NCBI GenBank assembly: GCA_004431415.1
Contig: QPMI01000212.1
Coordinates: 62,001 to 126,000 of the forward strand
From: Cyanophora paradoxa CCMP329
Lineage: Eukaryota > Plantae > Glaucophyta
Reading direction: 5' to 3'
Length of the DNA stretch: 64,000 bases
Shown piece after piece: positions 11,579 to 24,147 of this stretch. The notes below the pieces were generated by a model. That model saw nothing but the letters and a program-made list of their open reading frames with translations, was not told the DNA's origin and did no database searches. Made by a program: the position numbers and the translations under genes. Each line of letters begins with the position of its first letter. Position 1 is the first letter of the stretch.

Positions 11579-12521
11579 CGCCGCTTCTTCGCGCGCGCGC
11601 CCTTGCCCGCCCGCTCCGCCGCCGCCTCCTTCCCCCCGGCGCCCTGCTGCGTCCGCCACGCCTGCAGCGCCGCGACGGCCTCCTCGTTGCGGTTCACCCG
11701 CAGCAGCGCCCTGTGCGGCGTCAGCGTCGTGCGCGGCGGGGCGGGGCGGAGGGCGCGCGCGCCTGGCGCCCTGTATGAGGTAGACGCGGGGGACGGCGGG
11801 GACGGCGCGGAAACCGTCGGCGTAGGCGGCGGCCGCCTCCTCGTGGAGGCCGGCCTCGCCGAGGGCGACGCCCAGGTTCTGGTAGGCGCCGAGGGCCCGC
11901 GGGTCGGCCTTGATCGAGGCGCGGTAGAGCGCGGCGGCGGCCTCCACGTCGCCGGCGAGCTGCAGGCGCTGCCCCTCGTAGAACTCCGGCGGCTGGTACT
12001 GCCCGTCCAGCGCCCGCGCCTTGCGCAGCTGCGTGAACGCCTGCGGCTTCCGCCCCGTCTCCAGGAGCGTCAGGCCCCAGTGGAAGAGCGCGTACGCGTC
12101 CCGCCCATCGATCTGCCGCCCGCCTCAGCGGCGCGCGGCGCTGGCCCGCGGCGCCGGCCGCGGCCGCGCCTGGACGGCCTTCGCGAAGGCGCGCTCGGCC
12201 TGCTCGGCCCGCCGCGCCGTCCAGAGCGCCGTCCCGAGGTTGACCCAGCCCGCGATCGCCTTAGGCATCGCCTTCGTCACCGCCTCGAAGCACGCGACGG
12301 CCAGGTCGAAGTCCCTGTTGTTCAGCGCCTCCTCCCCCGCGTCGCTGCGGCGGGTCGGCTGACGATAGAGCCGCGTGCGATTGGCGGTACGAGCACGCGT
12401 ACCTCAGCGCTTGTGCGTCGGTGGACTTGGCGGGGCAGCGCGGAGCTTCATCGGCTCCAAGCGCTAGCACAAGCCCAGCTACCAGCAGGACCGCCAATAC
12501 GAACGCCCCGCCGCGACGCAT
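7871..12521 (-). CDS. TPR-containing GT41 O-GlcNAc transferase-like protein with N-terminal signal peptide (multi-exon)
   Basis: MRRGGAFVLAVLLVAGLVLALGA; TPR-like AYQNLGVALGEAGLHEEAAAAY; GT41 motifs RLRVGYVSADFGTH, DGIDVLLNANGHT, RPAPIQ, FCNFGKYYK, YNSHTT, GVPVVTMPAERMVSRVAAS. A 1-nt C-run difference near 7945 shifts the stop to 7807 if real. Confidence 0.88.
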
Positions 12522-12592
12522 CGCCGCCAGCGTGCTTGATCCGGAGATGCTGCACGGCAGCCCCGCCAAAAGAAGGCTGGATACACAATAAA

Positions 12593-14908
12593 ATGCAGGC
12601 CGCCTTCTCGACCCCCTTCCCCGCGCCCGCAGCCCGGCACCAGTGCCTCGAGCGCGAGGCGGTATGCACACAGAGCCGCCAGGCGCGGCGTGCGGGGCGG
12701 GCGCTCGCATCCGCGCGGAGCGAGTTCGTCGGCGGCGCGGCTGGGCCGTCAGCTGCTAGCTCCTCGTCGGCCGAACGGCGGCAGTTCTATCTGGACAGCC
12801 CTGCCCGCGCCCCGAGCGCCCAGCCGCGTGCGGAGGCCGACGACGACTCACAGGCACGTGCTCGCCGCCGGCCGCTGCCGCGCGAGGCCCCCTCCTCCGA
12901 CACGCTTGCTGACATCGCACGTGGCGCCCTGTGCAGAATCCGAGCCGCCCCGAGGAGAGGCAGCAGCAGGGCTTTCGGCGCTTCCTGGCCGGCGCCGCCA
13001 TCCTGACGGGCCTGAACATCGCGTCGGGGCTGGTGCCGCAGGACGCGCCGCCGGAGGCCCAGCGGTTCCTGCAGCCGAACTTCGCGTACGCCCTCACGGA
13101 GCAGCAGAAGATCGTGTACGAGGCGTGGACAACCATCAAGAAGGCCTACGTGGACCCCACCTTCAACGGGCAGAACTGGCAGAAGGCGGTGGAATTGGCG
13201 CTCAAGAACCCCGTCCAGAGGTCCGCGCAAGCCTGCCCCGTCCCGCCCCGCCCCCGCCCCGCCCGGGCCGGGCCGAGCACAGGCGCGCAGCCAGGACGAC
13301 GCGTACGCGGCCATTGACAAGATGGTCGGGACGCTCGGCGACCCCTTCACGCGCCACCTCCGCCCGGAGGCGTACGCCGGCCTGCAGGCTCGCCCGCCCC
13401 CGCCCCCGCCACCGCCCCCGCCCCCGCCCCCGCCCGCCCCGCATCCCCCGGCGAGCCCCGCGGGCCCCGCAGGTCTCGTCGGCCGGCAACCTCTCCGGTG
13501 TAGGCATGCGCCTCACGTGCGCCCTGGCTTTTGTTCTAAGTCTCGGTTAAGATAGCCTACCTATCTATAAGCTATCTATCTATCTAGCTATCTATAATAT
13601 GGACTCGTCGACCTTGGGTCCAGCGGCGCTGCGCCCTCCCGCGCCTCCCTCCGCCCTTGCTCCTCCTGAGCCCGCCCCGCGCAGGGAGAACAAGGAGGAC
13701 GGGACGCTGCGCGTCGTGGACTGCGTGCCTGGGAGCCCGGCGGAGAAGGCCGGCATCCGAAGCGACGACGACCTGCTCTTCATCGACGGGCAGGACGTCT
13801 CCCGCTCCACCGCGCAGGAGGTCGCGGATCTGATCCGCGGGCCCGAGGGCACCTCCGTCACCGTCATCCTGGGCCGCCCCAAGCGTGTGCCCCGGCCCTG
13901 CCCGCCCTGCCCGCCCGGCCCTGCCGAGCCGAAACGGGCCCGCGGGCGCAGCGGGCGGCGGCGAGGAGCGGCTCACCTTTGAGCTCACGCGCGCCAAGGT
14001 CCGGCCCCCGCCCCCCGCCCCCGCCCCCCGCGCCCCGCCCCGTCGAGCGGCGAGCTTGTAGGTGGAGCTGAACCCGGTGAGCTACGAGCTGAAGACAGAG
14101 GGCGGCGTCAAGGTCGGCTACGTCAAGCTGCGCGAGTTCAACGCGAACGCGGCGGAGCGCATGGCGGACGCGGTCAAGGCGCTGGAGGCCAAGGGCGCAC
14201 AGGCTCGCCCGGCTTGACGGCGTCGGGCTCGCGCGGTTCTGAGGCCTCGGCCTTCGCCGCAGATGTACGAGCTGGACCTGACGAACAACCCGGGCGGGCT
14301 GGTGCCGGCCGGCGTGGCGATCGCGCGCGAGTACATCGACCAGGGCACCATCGTCTACACGACGAACCGCGCCGGGCAGCTCGAGTCGTTCGAGGCCGAC
14401 GGCACGGCGCTCACCTCCAAGCCGGTCGCCATCCTCGTCAACAAGGTACCCCCCTCGCGGCCCGCGAAGCCGGCGGTCTCTCCGCGCGGCTGAGGAGTGC
14501 GGGACCAGAACACGGCGTCGGCGTCGGAGATTCTGGCGGCGGCGATCCGCGACAACTGCCGCGGCGTCATCGTCGGCGAGCAGACCTACGGCAAGGTACC
14601 CCCCTTCCTCTCCCCCTTCCTACCCGGGGAAAGCGAGGAAGCTGTAACGCGGTACCCCCCAGGGTGTCATCCAGTCTGTCTTCAACCTGTCCGACGGCTC
14701 CGGGATGGCCGTCACGGTCGCGAAGTACGAGACACCCAACCACGAGGTACCCCCCGCCGCCTTCTCCCCGCGCTCGACGGCCGCCTCACCGTCGAGGGGG
14801 GTACAGGACATCAACAAGCGGGGGATCGCGCCGGATATGCCGCTGGAGAAGTTCGTGGCCTCCCCCAAGTTCATCGAGGAGTCTCTCTCAGAATGCGTGG
14901 CTCCCTGA
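12593..14908 (+). CDS. ctpA: Plastid C-terminal processing protease (S41A, CtpA-like), multi-exon
   Basis: Transit-like MQAAFSTPF; YVDPTFNGQNW, LGDPFTR, PDZ GSPAEKAGI, LDLTNNPGG, TASASEILA, TYGKG, DGSGMAVTVAKYETP. Confidence 0.92.
13551..13595. repeat. (CTAT)n-like microsatellite in a ctpA intron
   Basis: gatagcctacctatctataagctatctatctatctagctatctat. Confidence 0.8.
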
Positions 14909-15445
14909 GCTGGATCCCCGCGCCCCTCGTCCGCCGCGGCGCCCGCCCCGGCCGGCCTCTCGTCCGTCCCATCGCCCCCGGCCCCTCCCTGTTTTTGCCT
15001 TGTTTCTTTTTGTTTCTTCCGCTGTGCAGTGGTTCGAGTCTTCTTTAAATCCAGTGAGCGTGTGCGTGTGCGTACAGCGCCCTCTATGCCCAGCGCAAGC
15101 CCAGGCGGGAAGCCAGCAGCAGCGGTCACGGTCACGGGTCAAGCGCAAGTGGTCCAAAACTGTCGTTCCAAGCGGAGCTGCGGGACAAGTAGAGGAGGGA
15201 AGGCACTGAAACATGAAACTATCGGACTAGGGAAAGGCGCGGAGAAATATCGAGAGGGTGGAGTGAAGGCGTGTGGATGCGACAGGGCCCGCGACGCCGG
15301 CAGGAGACCGGCGTGCGTGCCGCGACCCATCGCGCTTCGGCGCGCACACGGGCGCCGCGAAGAACATCTGCTTCGAAGAAGAGAAAGAAGCGGGAGCGTC
15401 AGCAAAAGGATGAAGAGCGCGGCGCTGGGCTCCGGACCTCGCCGC

Positions 15446-16005
15446 TTAGTACATCTGGCCCGAGGTCGCAGTCCTGCAGCAGGGTTAGCGAATTCCACAA
15501 GGAGAACGACAGAAGAAAGCTTTGCCTGATGATCTGGAGGAGCGCTGCGGCACGAAGCGGTCAGAACAAGGAGAGCCGCCGGATGGCTCTCAACGTCGGC
15601 CCGCACGGGTGGCTGAGGGGGCTTGCGCACCCGAGCCAACGACGACGAAGATGAAGAAACCGAGAACCATGGGGCCGACAGAGACCGAGCTCTTCTTTTG
15701 CTGCTTGAACACGCGCATGGGTAAGCTCCACGGGCGAAATGCGGCGGGAAGGCGCGCGCGGCCGTAGCGCTGCCGAGCTCGCAACTTCCTAGAGAATCTC
15801 TATAGACATCGCAAGCGGCCGGGGGGGCGGACCTTGCCAGTGGTGACAGCCCCGCGCTTGGTCACGTTGTTGTTGTAGTTCTCCGACTTGCTGCGAATCT
15901 TCCGGGACTGCTGCTTGACCAGAAGATAGATTCTGTTAGCCCAGGAGCGAGCGCGCGATGGAGCGCGGGAGGCAATTCTACGGTGAGCGCGCAGGGCCGC
16001 ACCAT
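15446..16005 (-). CDS. RAMP4: RAMP4/SERP1 ER translocon-associated protein (5 exons; first coding exon is the ATG only)
   Basis: Spliced product M-QSRKIRSKSENYNNNVTKRGAVTTGK-QKKSSVSVGPMVLGFFIFVVVGS-ALLQIIR-TATSGQMY* matches the RAMP4 family pattern. Confidence 0.92.
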
Positions 16006-16144
16006 TGTGTTAGCTGTAGAAGAAGGGTGAGCAGAACGACTCCGAGAGGTGACTGCGTGCCTCTGCTGCTTGCTCCGCGGTTTGCGGCTTTCGAACGGGG
16101 TACAGTGAGAGCCGGGCGGGTAGAGCCTTCCTTCGTTCAGCAGC

Positions 16145-19100
16145 ATGTCGGCCTTCTCGGCCGGTCTCGTGCCGGCCCTCGGCACGGCGGAGGGGAGTGG
16201 CGGGATCGGCGTACTCGCGGGACGAGCGCTGCGCATCGCCGGCGACGGGCGGCGGGCATTGAATCGACGCCGGCGGCGCCCGGTGTTCGCGGTGGATCCG
16301 GCTGCCCCGCCGGTGGTAGTAGTAGGCATGGCGAGGCGGAGAGGCAGCGATCCGTCCGCGTCGGCCCCCGCAGACGCGGCTGGCGGGGTCGAGGCGGCCG
16401 GCACGAGCGGCTCCCCGGACAACGGCGGCAGGCTCCCTGGTGGTGCGGACGCGGGGAAGATCGACAAGATGCTGCGGCAGTCCCGTGCGCGTATGGAGCG
16501 CCGCGGAGGCGCTCGCGCGCGTGCGATATCCGAGGCGCTGGAGAGCTTCGGCGCGCGGTCGGCGGCCCGCGACCTGGCGACCCCGCGACCGGAGACGCCG
16601 CGGAGAGGCCGGCCGCGGAAGTACTCGAAGCAGCCGAGCGCGGCGGGAAAGGCCGCGGCCGCGAGGAGCGGAGCGCAGGGCCCGGCGAGGAGAGACCGCG
16701 GCCGGCCGCAGGCTCCTCCAGGCGACGACGACCAAGGCCCGAGCAGCGGGGAGGAGGAGGGGGCGGCGGCGGCGGCCGCACGGACGGCCGCGAAGCAGCA
16801 GCAGCGGCCGACGTCGCCGCCCGCGGACGGCCGCGAGGAGTGGCGCCCGTCGTCGCCGCCCCTCCCGTACGCCATGGAGCGGCTCGAGTTCGACCCGCGG
16901 TACCGCCCCCTGACGCCGGTCCCCGGCGGCGGCGGCGGCGGCGACGGGTCGGACGCGATCGGGCCCCTGGAGATGTTCCGCAAGCTGAAGTCGCCGGCGC
17001 CGCCCGGGGCCGAGGGCCCCGGGGGCGGCCCCGGCGGCGGCCCGCCGCAGCCGAGCCTCGTGCCTGTGCCGCTGGAGGAGTTCAACCCGTTCAAGGTCCT
17101 CCCCGCCCAAAAAGTCCTAGGCGACCTCGTCTCCTACATCGAGCAGCGCTCCTGGAAGGTCCAGGGGCCCCCTTCCCCGGTCCGCCCCTTTGATTCTGTG
17201 CGCCCGGTGGTTCTGCCTTGGACGCGCGTGCGTGCTTCAGGGTCCGCCCACGTCGGACGACGAGGAGGAGGACGAGGAGAGGGGAAGGGCGCGGGGGCCC
17301 GGGGCCCGGTGGGGGGCCCTGCCCTCGGGGGACCCGGCCGGCAGCTTCGACGCGGCGGAGGTGCTGGAGGACGAGCCGCCCGAGGAGGCGTTCCACAGGG
17401 CCCTTGAGGAGCGCCGCCGGGGCCGGGGCGGCGGCGGCGGCGCCCCGCCCCAGCAGCCGGCTTTGACTTCGACCCCGGGCCCGGCCCCGGCCCCTACGCC
17501 GGCGCCGGCGCAGGAGTCTGCATCGTCGTCGTCTTCGGCGGCGGCGGCGGAGGCGGAGGCGGCGGCGGCAGCGGCGGCGGCGGCGGCGGAGGCCGGCGCG
17601 TCGCTGCGGATCGGGGAGCGGAGCGTGGCGGAGATCGCGGAGGACGTGACGCGGGCCGCGGCGGCCGCGGCGGAGGCGGCGGAGGAGCGGGCCGCAGGCG
17701 GGCCGCCAAAGCAGCAGCAGCAGGGGGAGGACGAGGGCGTCCTGGTGGACGGCGCCCCGGGGGGCAAGCCCAAGGCAGGCCGGGCCCCGCCGCCCTCCCT
17801 AAGCTTCGCCCCTAGCGCCCCCTCAGCTTCCCCCCCGCCGCCCGCCCGCAGCTGCCTCGGTACGACGAGATGCTGGGGTGGACGCTCCGCGTCTCGGAGG
17901 CGGCGACGATGCTCCGGACCTCGGAGCCTACCGTCGTGCGCTACATCAAGGAGGGCCGCCTCTCGGGCTTCCCGGTACCCCTCCCCGCGGCCGCTATCGT
18001 ACCCCTCGGGCTGACGCCGCGCAGTCGTGGGTGCCGTCGAAGGGCACCAGCGGCGGCCGCGCGCAGGACTGGCGCAAGCAGTGGTGTGTACCCCCCGCGG
18101 GGCGCTCCCCCCCCCGCCCCCCCCCCCCCCCCCCCCCCCCCCCCTTCCCAGGTGGGTCTGGGAGCGTGACGTCATCGAGCTTGCGGGGAAGGCCCGCACC
18201 GATCTCGTGTCCCTCGAGGAGCTCACGAAGATCCTCGTACCCTCCCCCGCTCCTTCCCCCCCCCTCCCCTCCGAGCCCCGCCGCAGGGGGTACCCGGGCG
18301 GACCGAGGCGGTGAAGCGCTTCGTGAAGCAGTCTTCCTCCTTCCGAGGCATCATTATCAAGGCGCGCCGTACCCCCTCTCCTGGTCCAGTACCCCCCTGA
18401 AGGTCTTCCGCCAGTTCGGGGAGGAAGGGTCCGCGGAGGTGGGCCGGGGTACGTACTACGTCGCCCGCTCCGAGGTCGAGGCATACCAGCGGGTGCGCCT
18501 ACCCCCAGAGAAATCCCTCTCTACCCCCCTCTCCCTCCCTCTACCCCCTTCTACCCCCTCTGCCCCCGTCCCCCCCCCCCTTCCCCTCTCCCTAAACGAC
18601 TCCGCAGGACCTTCAGGCCTTCCTCGAGCTGAACGTCCCCGCCGTCGAGGCCGCCGCCATGTACCCCCCCCCCGCTTCTCCCCTCCCACCCCACCCCCGG
18701 GCTCACGCGCAGGGTGGGGCAGGTGGGGCGTGAGCACGCTGCTGGTGCAGCACTGGCTCCGCCTGGGCAAGATTACCGGAACGAAGCGGGAGGGCCTACC
18801 CCCCCACCGCGGCTGGTACGTCGCCCGCGCCGAGGCGGAGCGGATGCGCGAGCAGCTCGACCGGCAGCGCTCCATGGTGCGCCCCGCCCCGCCCCGCCCC
18901 GCCCCGCCCTCCGCTTAGATGGCCGCGGGGCGACGACGAAAGGTGTCGGTGAGGCAGCTGGCGGAGGTGCTCTGCGTCTCCCCCGAGACGGTCCGCTGGT
19001 GGCTCTCCACCGGCCAGCTGGACGGCATCAAGGCGCCCCCGCTCCGCTCCGCTCTTACGTTGTTTCCTCATCTGAGCCTGAACCTGGGCAGATCGACAAG

Positions 19101-20041
19101 CTGCCGGTGATGACCCGCCGCCGCCCCACGTGGGCCGACGAGCGGCCGCGGCGCCGCGCCGGCTCGAGCTCGCCCCCGCCCTCCCCGCCGCCCTCGGACG
19201 GCGACGGCTCCGACGGGGCGGAGGCCGCGCCCAACAGGAAGCGCGCCCCTCTTCCCGGCCCGGCCCGGCCCCCTACGCCTGAGAGGGCGGGCGGGCGTAG
19301 GGTTTGGGTGCCGCTAGAGGACATCTGCGGGGCGCTGTGGGACCCGACCTCTACCCCCCTCGCGGCCTCCAAGCTCTACCGAACGGGCGAGATGGAGGCC
19401 CGCGGCCGCGCCCGGCCCCGCTCCCCCGCCGACAACGACGCCCGCCGCAAGCAGTCCCGCGCCCTTTTTCACCAGAGTCCGCCCCGCCCACCCGCCCCGC
19501 CCATCTCCGCTTTGCTGCGCGCTCACCCTGCGGCCTGGCAGTGTACGTGGTGATCAACAAGAAGGGGGAGATCCGCGTGACGGGCGCCGACTCGCGAGGT
19601 TCGGATTCGAACCTGTTCTTGCTTTTCGAGCTCGGGGTGACGGCTTCCCTTCGGACGTTCGAACGAGCAGGCCGGCGGGAGTGGCTGGTGGCCGAGAAAG
19701 ACGCCCTGGACCTCGCGCGGCGGCGGCGGGCGCGCCTGCCCCCCGCGCAGCAGGCCGACGAGCCCCCGCTCCTGCCCCGCGACGAGGCCCTGCGCTCCAT
19801 GGACGAGGGCCGGCTCGTCCCGGAGGCCGAGGCTGCCTCGCGCCTCGGGGGCACCCGCGCCGCCGTGCGCGAGGCGCTGCGGGCGGGGCGCCTGCCCGGC
19901 GCCCGCTACTTTGCGGAGCGCCAGGAGGGCGTCCGCTGGCTCGTGGAGGCCGAGGGCCTGCCCCCGCCCCGCCGCAGGGGCCGGCCCCGCTCCGCCCCGC
20001 CCCCGTCCCCGCCCCCGTCCCCGCCTCCGGAGTACCAGTAG
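16145..20041 (+). CDS. Putative plastid-targeted DNA-binding protein with tandem excisionase/MerR-like HTH (HTH_17-like) units and two AT-hooks
   Basis: MSAFSAGL start; RRGRPRK and RRGRPRS; units LRVSEAATMLRTSEPTVVRYIKEGRL, AVEAAAMWGVSTLLVQHWLRLGKI, VSVRQLAEVLCVSPETVRWWLSTGQL, EAEAASRLGGTRAAVREALRAGRL, each followed by a W/Y-x-V wing. Confidence 0.8.
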
Positions 20042-21163
20042 CCGCCCCGCCTGCCTGCCTCCACACAGCTAGCGCCCCGCCCCGCCCCGCCTTTCTCCCC
20101 TTTATTTCATGCTGAATTTAATGCTCATACATGCAAATACTAACTTTACGCCAACGATCAAGCGATCACGAAACTTGAGATTGCGCATGCCTGCGTGCCT
20201 ATAACTACAGCTGCCTGCGCGGCGCATGCAGCTGACTGCGCATGCCGACGCCGTGACGGAGTCTAGATCTGGATTCGATGATCTAGATCTGAGACTTGCC
20301 GCCGCTCAGCCTGGCAGCGGCTAGCGCTGGCGGCCCGGCGGCCCGGCGGCATTCCTGCAGTGCACGTGATTGTAATCATGACTCACGAGTCATGACTCTT
20401 TAATGAAAGAGTCTAGATCTAGCTAGAATGAGATGATTGAGCTCAGCGGCTCAAGAGCAAGCTCTAGAGAGATCCAAATAGATAAAGCAACCGTTGAACG
20501 ACTGGCGAATCATTGAATCAGTGCACAGGCCTCGAGGCAGCACAGGCCTTGAGGCAGCACAGGCAACAAAGCAAAGGGCACCCGGATATTCGAGCCCCCC
20601 TGCGGGGCCGCCGCCGGGGCGCAGGATCGCATTATCCGGGTCCTGCGGGGCCCGGGGCCGCCGCAGCCTGGCAGGACCCTGCTATAGCTATGTCCACAGT
20701 GTTGCTATTTCTTCAAACTCGTATTGTGCATCCATCTCTGAATTTACAAAAAGCGATATCGATGCAAAGCTGCAGTGTAGAGCTGCAGCACTGGGCCTCC
20801 ACGGCCAGCAGAGCTTACAAAAATTTACATAAGCTAGTGCTTTGGAAGACTAAAACGCTTAGAAAATCAAGAGAGCGTGGCAATCTTACATAGGAGTATA
20901 CATGTGGCAAGGCACGTAGACGCATGTACGTGAAAAAGCATTCAGATGTAAGGGGCCGTATGTTCTGCTAGGAAATTTAAAGCGCTGGAGGGCCAACGGC
21001 GAGTGAGCCAGCGAGCCAAGGCCACCGGCAGACCGGAGCAGCGCATGCCGGCACGCCGGGGGCCCAGAGAACGAGCTCGTCATTGGCAGCGCCCGGGCCG
21101 GGGAGGGGAGGGGGGGGGGGGGGGGGGGGTATTGGAAGGGAACGGGCCGGGGTGGTCGGGTCG

Positions 21164-24147
21164 TCAGGAGGCGGAGAGGCGCCCGAAGAAGGCGGAGATC
21201 GAGTCGAAGAGGCCGCCCTCCGGCGGCGGCGAGGGGCTCCCGCGCGGGCCCCCGTACCCCGGCCCGCGCACCCCGCCGGGGCTCCCCGGCGGCCCGTACC
21301 CCCCGCCGGGGCTCCGCGGGGGGTCGTACCCCGGGCCGGCGTGGGGGTAGCCGAAGCTGGCGCGGCGGAGGTCGGAGGAGGTGAGGCTGGCGCGCCGCTC
21401 GTGGGCGGCCGCCTCGGAGCCGTGCGGGAAGGCGCGGCGCCGGGGCGCCCCGTCGGGGAGCTCGCCCTCCTCGCGGCCCGCGAGCGCGACCGGGCCCGCG
21501 GCTGCGGCCCGTGCGGGTCCCCCGGTGCGCCCCCGCCCGCTCGCGCTCCCCGTACGGGCTGCCGCGCGCCCCCCCGTGCCCCGAGCTGCCCCTGCGCCCG
21601 CCGGCCTCGCTCAGGAGGGGCTGCGGGCGGGCGGGCGGGCGGGCGGGCGGGGCGGACCAGGAGTGGTTGGAGGAGGTCTCGGAGGCGTCCCAGTGCGGGC
21701 CGCGGCCCCCGGCGCCGGGGCTCGCCCCGGGCCAGCGGCCCCCAGGCGGGCGGCCTCCGCGGGGCCGGCGGGGCGCGGCGAGGCGCGGGGCGAGGCCTGA
21801 GCGATCGCGAAGGCCCGGCTGAGGGTCGCCGCCGAGGGCGACCCGAGGCGGGCCCCCGCCACCGGCGTCGGCGCCGGCGCCTCCATGCCTCCCTTGCGCC
21901 TCGGCCGCTGCTCGGCGCGGCCTTCGCTCAGCAGAGCGGGCGCGCGGTGGCGGGGCGGGGGCGGGTGCGGGCGGGGCGGGGCGCGCCTGGAACTCGTCAT
22001 AGGAACCCCCGCCGCCGTCGGCGGCGGCGGCGTCGGCCATCGAGTTGTGCGGGGCCACCGGCGGGGCCCGCGGGCTCCTCAGGCCCGACCCGGGCGTCCC
22101 GGGCCTGTCGGGGGCCTCGTCAGGGCGGGCGGGGCGAGCGGGCGAGCAGGCGGGCGGGCGCGGGGCGTGGTGCTTGCCGGTGCGGGCTCGCGGCCGCGTA
22201 GTCGTCCGGGCCGGGCGTGCGGGGCCGGCGCCCCGGGCCGGCGGGGCCGCCCGGGTGTGGGCTGTGGCTGCGGGGCCCCTGCGGCCCCTGGCCCTGGGGG
22301 TGCTGGCCCGCCCCGGAGCCGCGCGAGCTGCTGGCGCTGGAGACGCTGCCCCACTCGGAGCGGTCGGCGAAGACGCCGGCCCCGCCGAAGGCCGTCTCCC
22401 GCAGGGGCCCCAGCTCCCACACCACCGCCCGCCCGTCCTCGCACGCCGCCGCCAGGCGCGAGCCGTCGGGCCCGAAGGCCAAGGCCGTCACGGGGGCGAC
22501 AGTTCCCCCGAGGTCCCGCACCCGCGCCCCGCCGTTCGCCACGTCCCACACAATAACCTGAGCGCGAGCCGGGCGAGGGCGCCTGAGCGCGGCTGGGGGC
22601 AGCGGGGCGAGGCGGGGCGCACCAGGCCGTCCTGCCCCGCAGAGGCCAGGAACTCGCCGTCGGCCGTGTACGCCACCTGCTCGGATGAGCTAGGCGGGGG
22701 CGGGGCGGGGCAGGGTAAGGGGGGACGGGCCTGGGCGGGGTAGTCGGAGTGGCCGTGCAGGCGCGCCGAGGGGCGACCGCGCTCCGCGTCCAGCAGCAGG
22801 ACCTGCGAGGCGGAGCCCCTGCTCAAGAGGCGGCGAAGGGGGCGGGAGGGGCGGGCGGGCGGGCCTCGTTCGTGTAGAGGCCGGCGGCGAGCTGGCGGCC
22901 CCGCGGGCTGAAGGCGAGGCACGCGGCGCTCCCGCCGCCGCACTCGGCCGTCCAGCTGCGCTGACCGCTCGGCACGAACCACATCGAGACGGTCCCGTCC
23001 TGCGGGGGTGCGGAGAGGGGGCGGAGAGTCGCCGCCGTCAGAAAGCGGGAGGCGGGGCGGGGCGGGGCGCGGACCTCGTGAGCGATGGCGAGGTGTCGCC
23101 CGTCATTGGAGAGGGCCAGAGCCTGGTCGTCTCCCTTTGAGGCGCGGGCGGGGGGGGCGGGGCGGGGCGGGGCCGGGCGGGGCGAGGCGCACCAGGGGCA
23201 GTTCGCCGCAGCGGCGGCGCGGCCACGCGGCGCTCCGCGAGTCGACGTCCCACACGCCCTGCGCCCGGGTGGCGTTGGGAGGGCGCGCGGGGCCGGGGCG
23301 GGCGCGCGGCGCGGCGCGGGGGAGCGCACGACCTGCGCGGGAGCGTCGCGCGGGGCGGGGCGGAGACGGAGCGGGGGGAAGGGAAGGTGCGCACGCGGCC
23401 GTCGGCGTCGGCAAAGGCGAGGACGGCGCCGGAGGCGGCGAGGGCGATGCGGGCGACGGGGCCGGCGGGCCGTGCCCCGCGCCCACGCCCTCGTCCGAGA
23501 GCGCGTCCAGCCGCCCGCTCGCGTAGTCCAGCAGAAAGAGCGTGTCGCCTCCCTGCGCCGCGCGTCGGCGGCGGCTCGGGCGGGCGGCGGGCGGGCGGGG
23601 CGGGGCGCGCGTTGGCGGCGGCGACGAGGTCGGGCCCGCGGAAGGCGAACGCCTCCACGCGGAAGCGCACGCGCGGGCCGCCCGGCGAGCGTCCCGCGTA
23701 CTCCTGCCGGTAGTCCACCTTCTGCAGGCACCGCTGCGAGTCTGCCCGCCCGGCCCGCGGCCGCGCTCATGATCAGCGCGGGGCCGCCGCCGCGGAAGCG
23801 CGACCGCCAGCTCGCACCGAGCACATCCCAGCTGATCACCTGGCTCTCGCTCGTGCCGCACACGACTCCCCGGCCCTGCGCACCGCTCGGCTCGGCCGGA
23901 AAGCCGCGGGCGGAGGGGCGCTGGCCGCGGCGCATTCGAACCTGCGGGGTCCACGCGAGGGCAGTGCAGCTGCTCCTGTTGTCGAGCAAAGCCTGCAGAC
24001 GCGGTTTCGGTGGCCGGGCGGCAGGACGAATGGCCGCGGGGGCGGCCAAACCTGCGGCCGCTGTGCCCGTGCAAGCGCGGATCGGGGAGTGAGCGACCCG
24101 CGCGGCGTCCTCCTGCCATCCTCGGGCCCGGGCGTTCTGGAGCGCAT
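21164..24147 (-). CDS. WD40-repeat protein with long low-complexity C-terminal tail (multi-exon)
   Basis: CTALAWTP, QVISWDV, LHGHSDYPAQVAYTADGEFLASAGQDG, VTALAFGPDGSRLAAACEDGRAVVWE; tail ends GLFDSISAFFGRLSAS*. Joining of 21164-22100 to this gene is inferred. Confidence 0.8.

Noticed and set aside
17850-19960. HTH repeats as a prophage or bacterial contaminant
   Set aside because: Interrupted by host-type introns and flanked by eukaryotic genes; no integrase or phage genes nearby
20494-20893. ORFs in the AT-richer spacer
   Set aside because: Codon usage unlike the real genes, no motifs, overlaps repeat-like DNA
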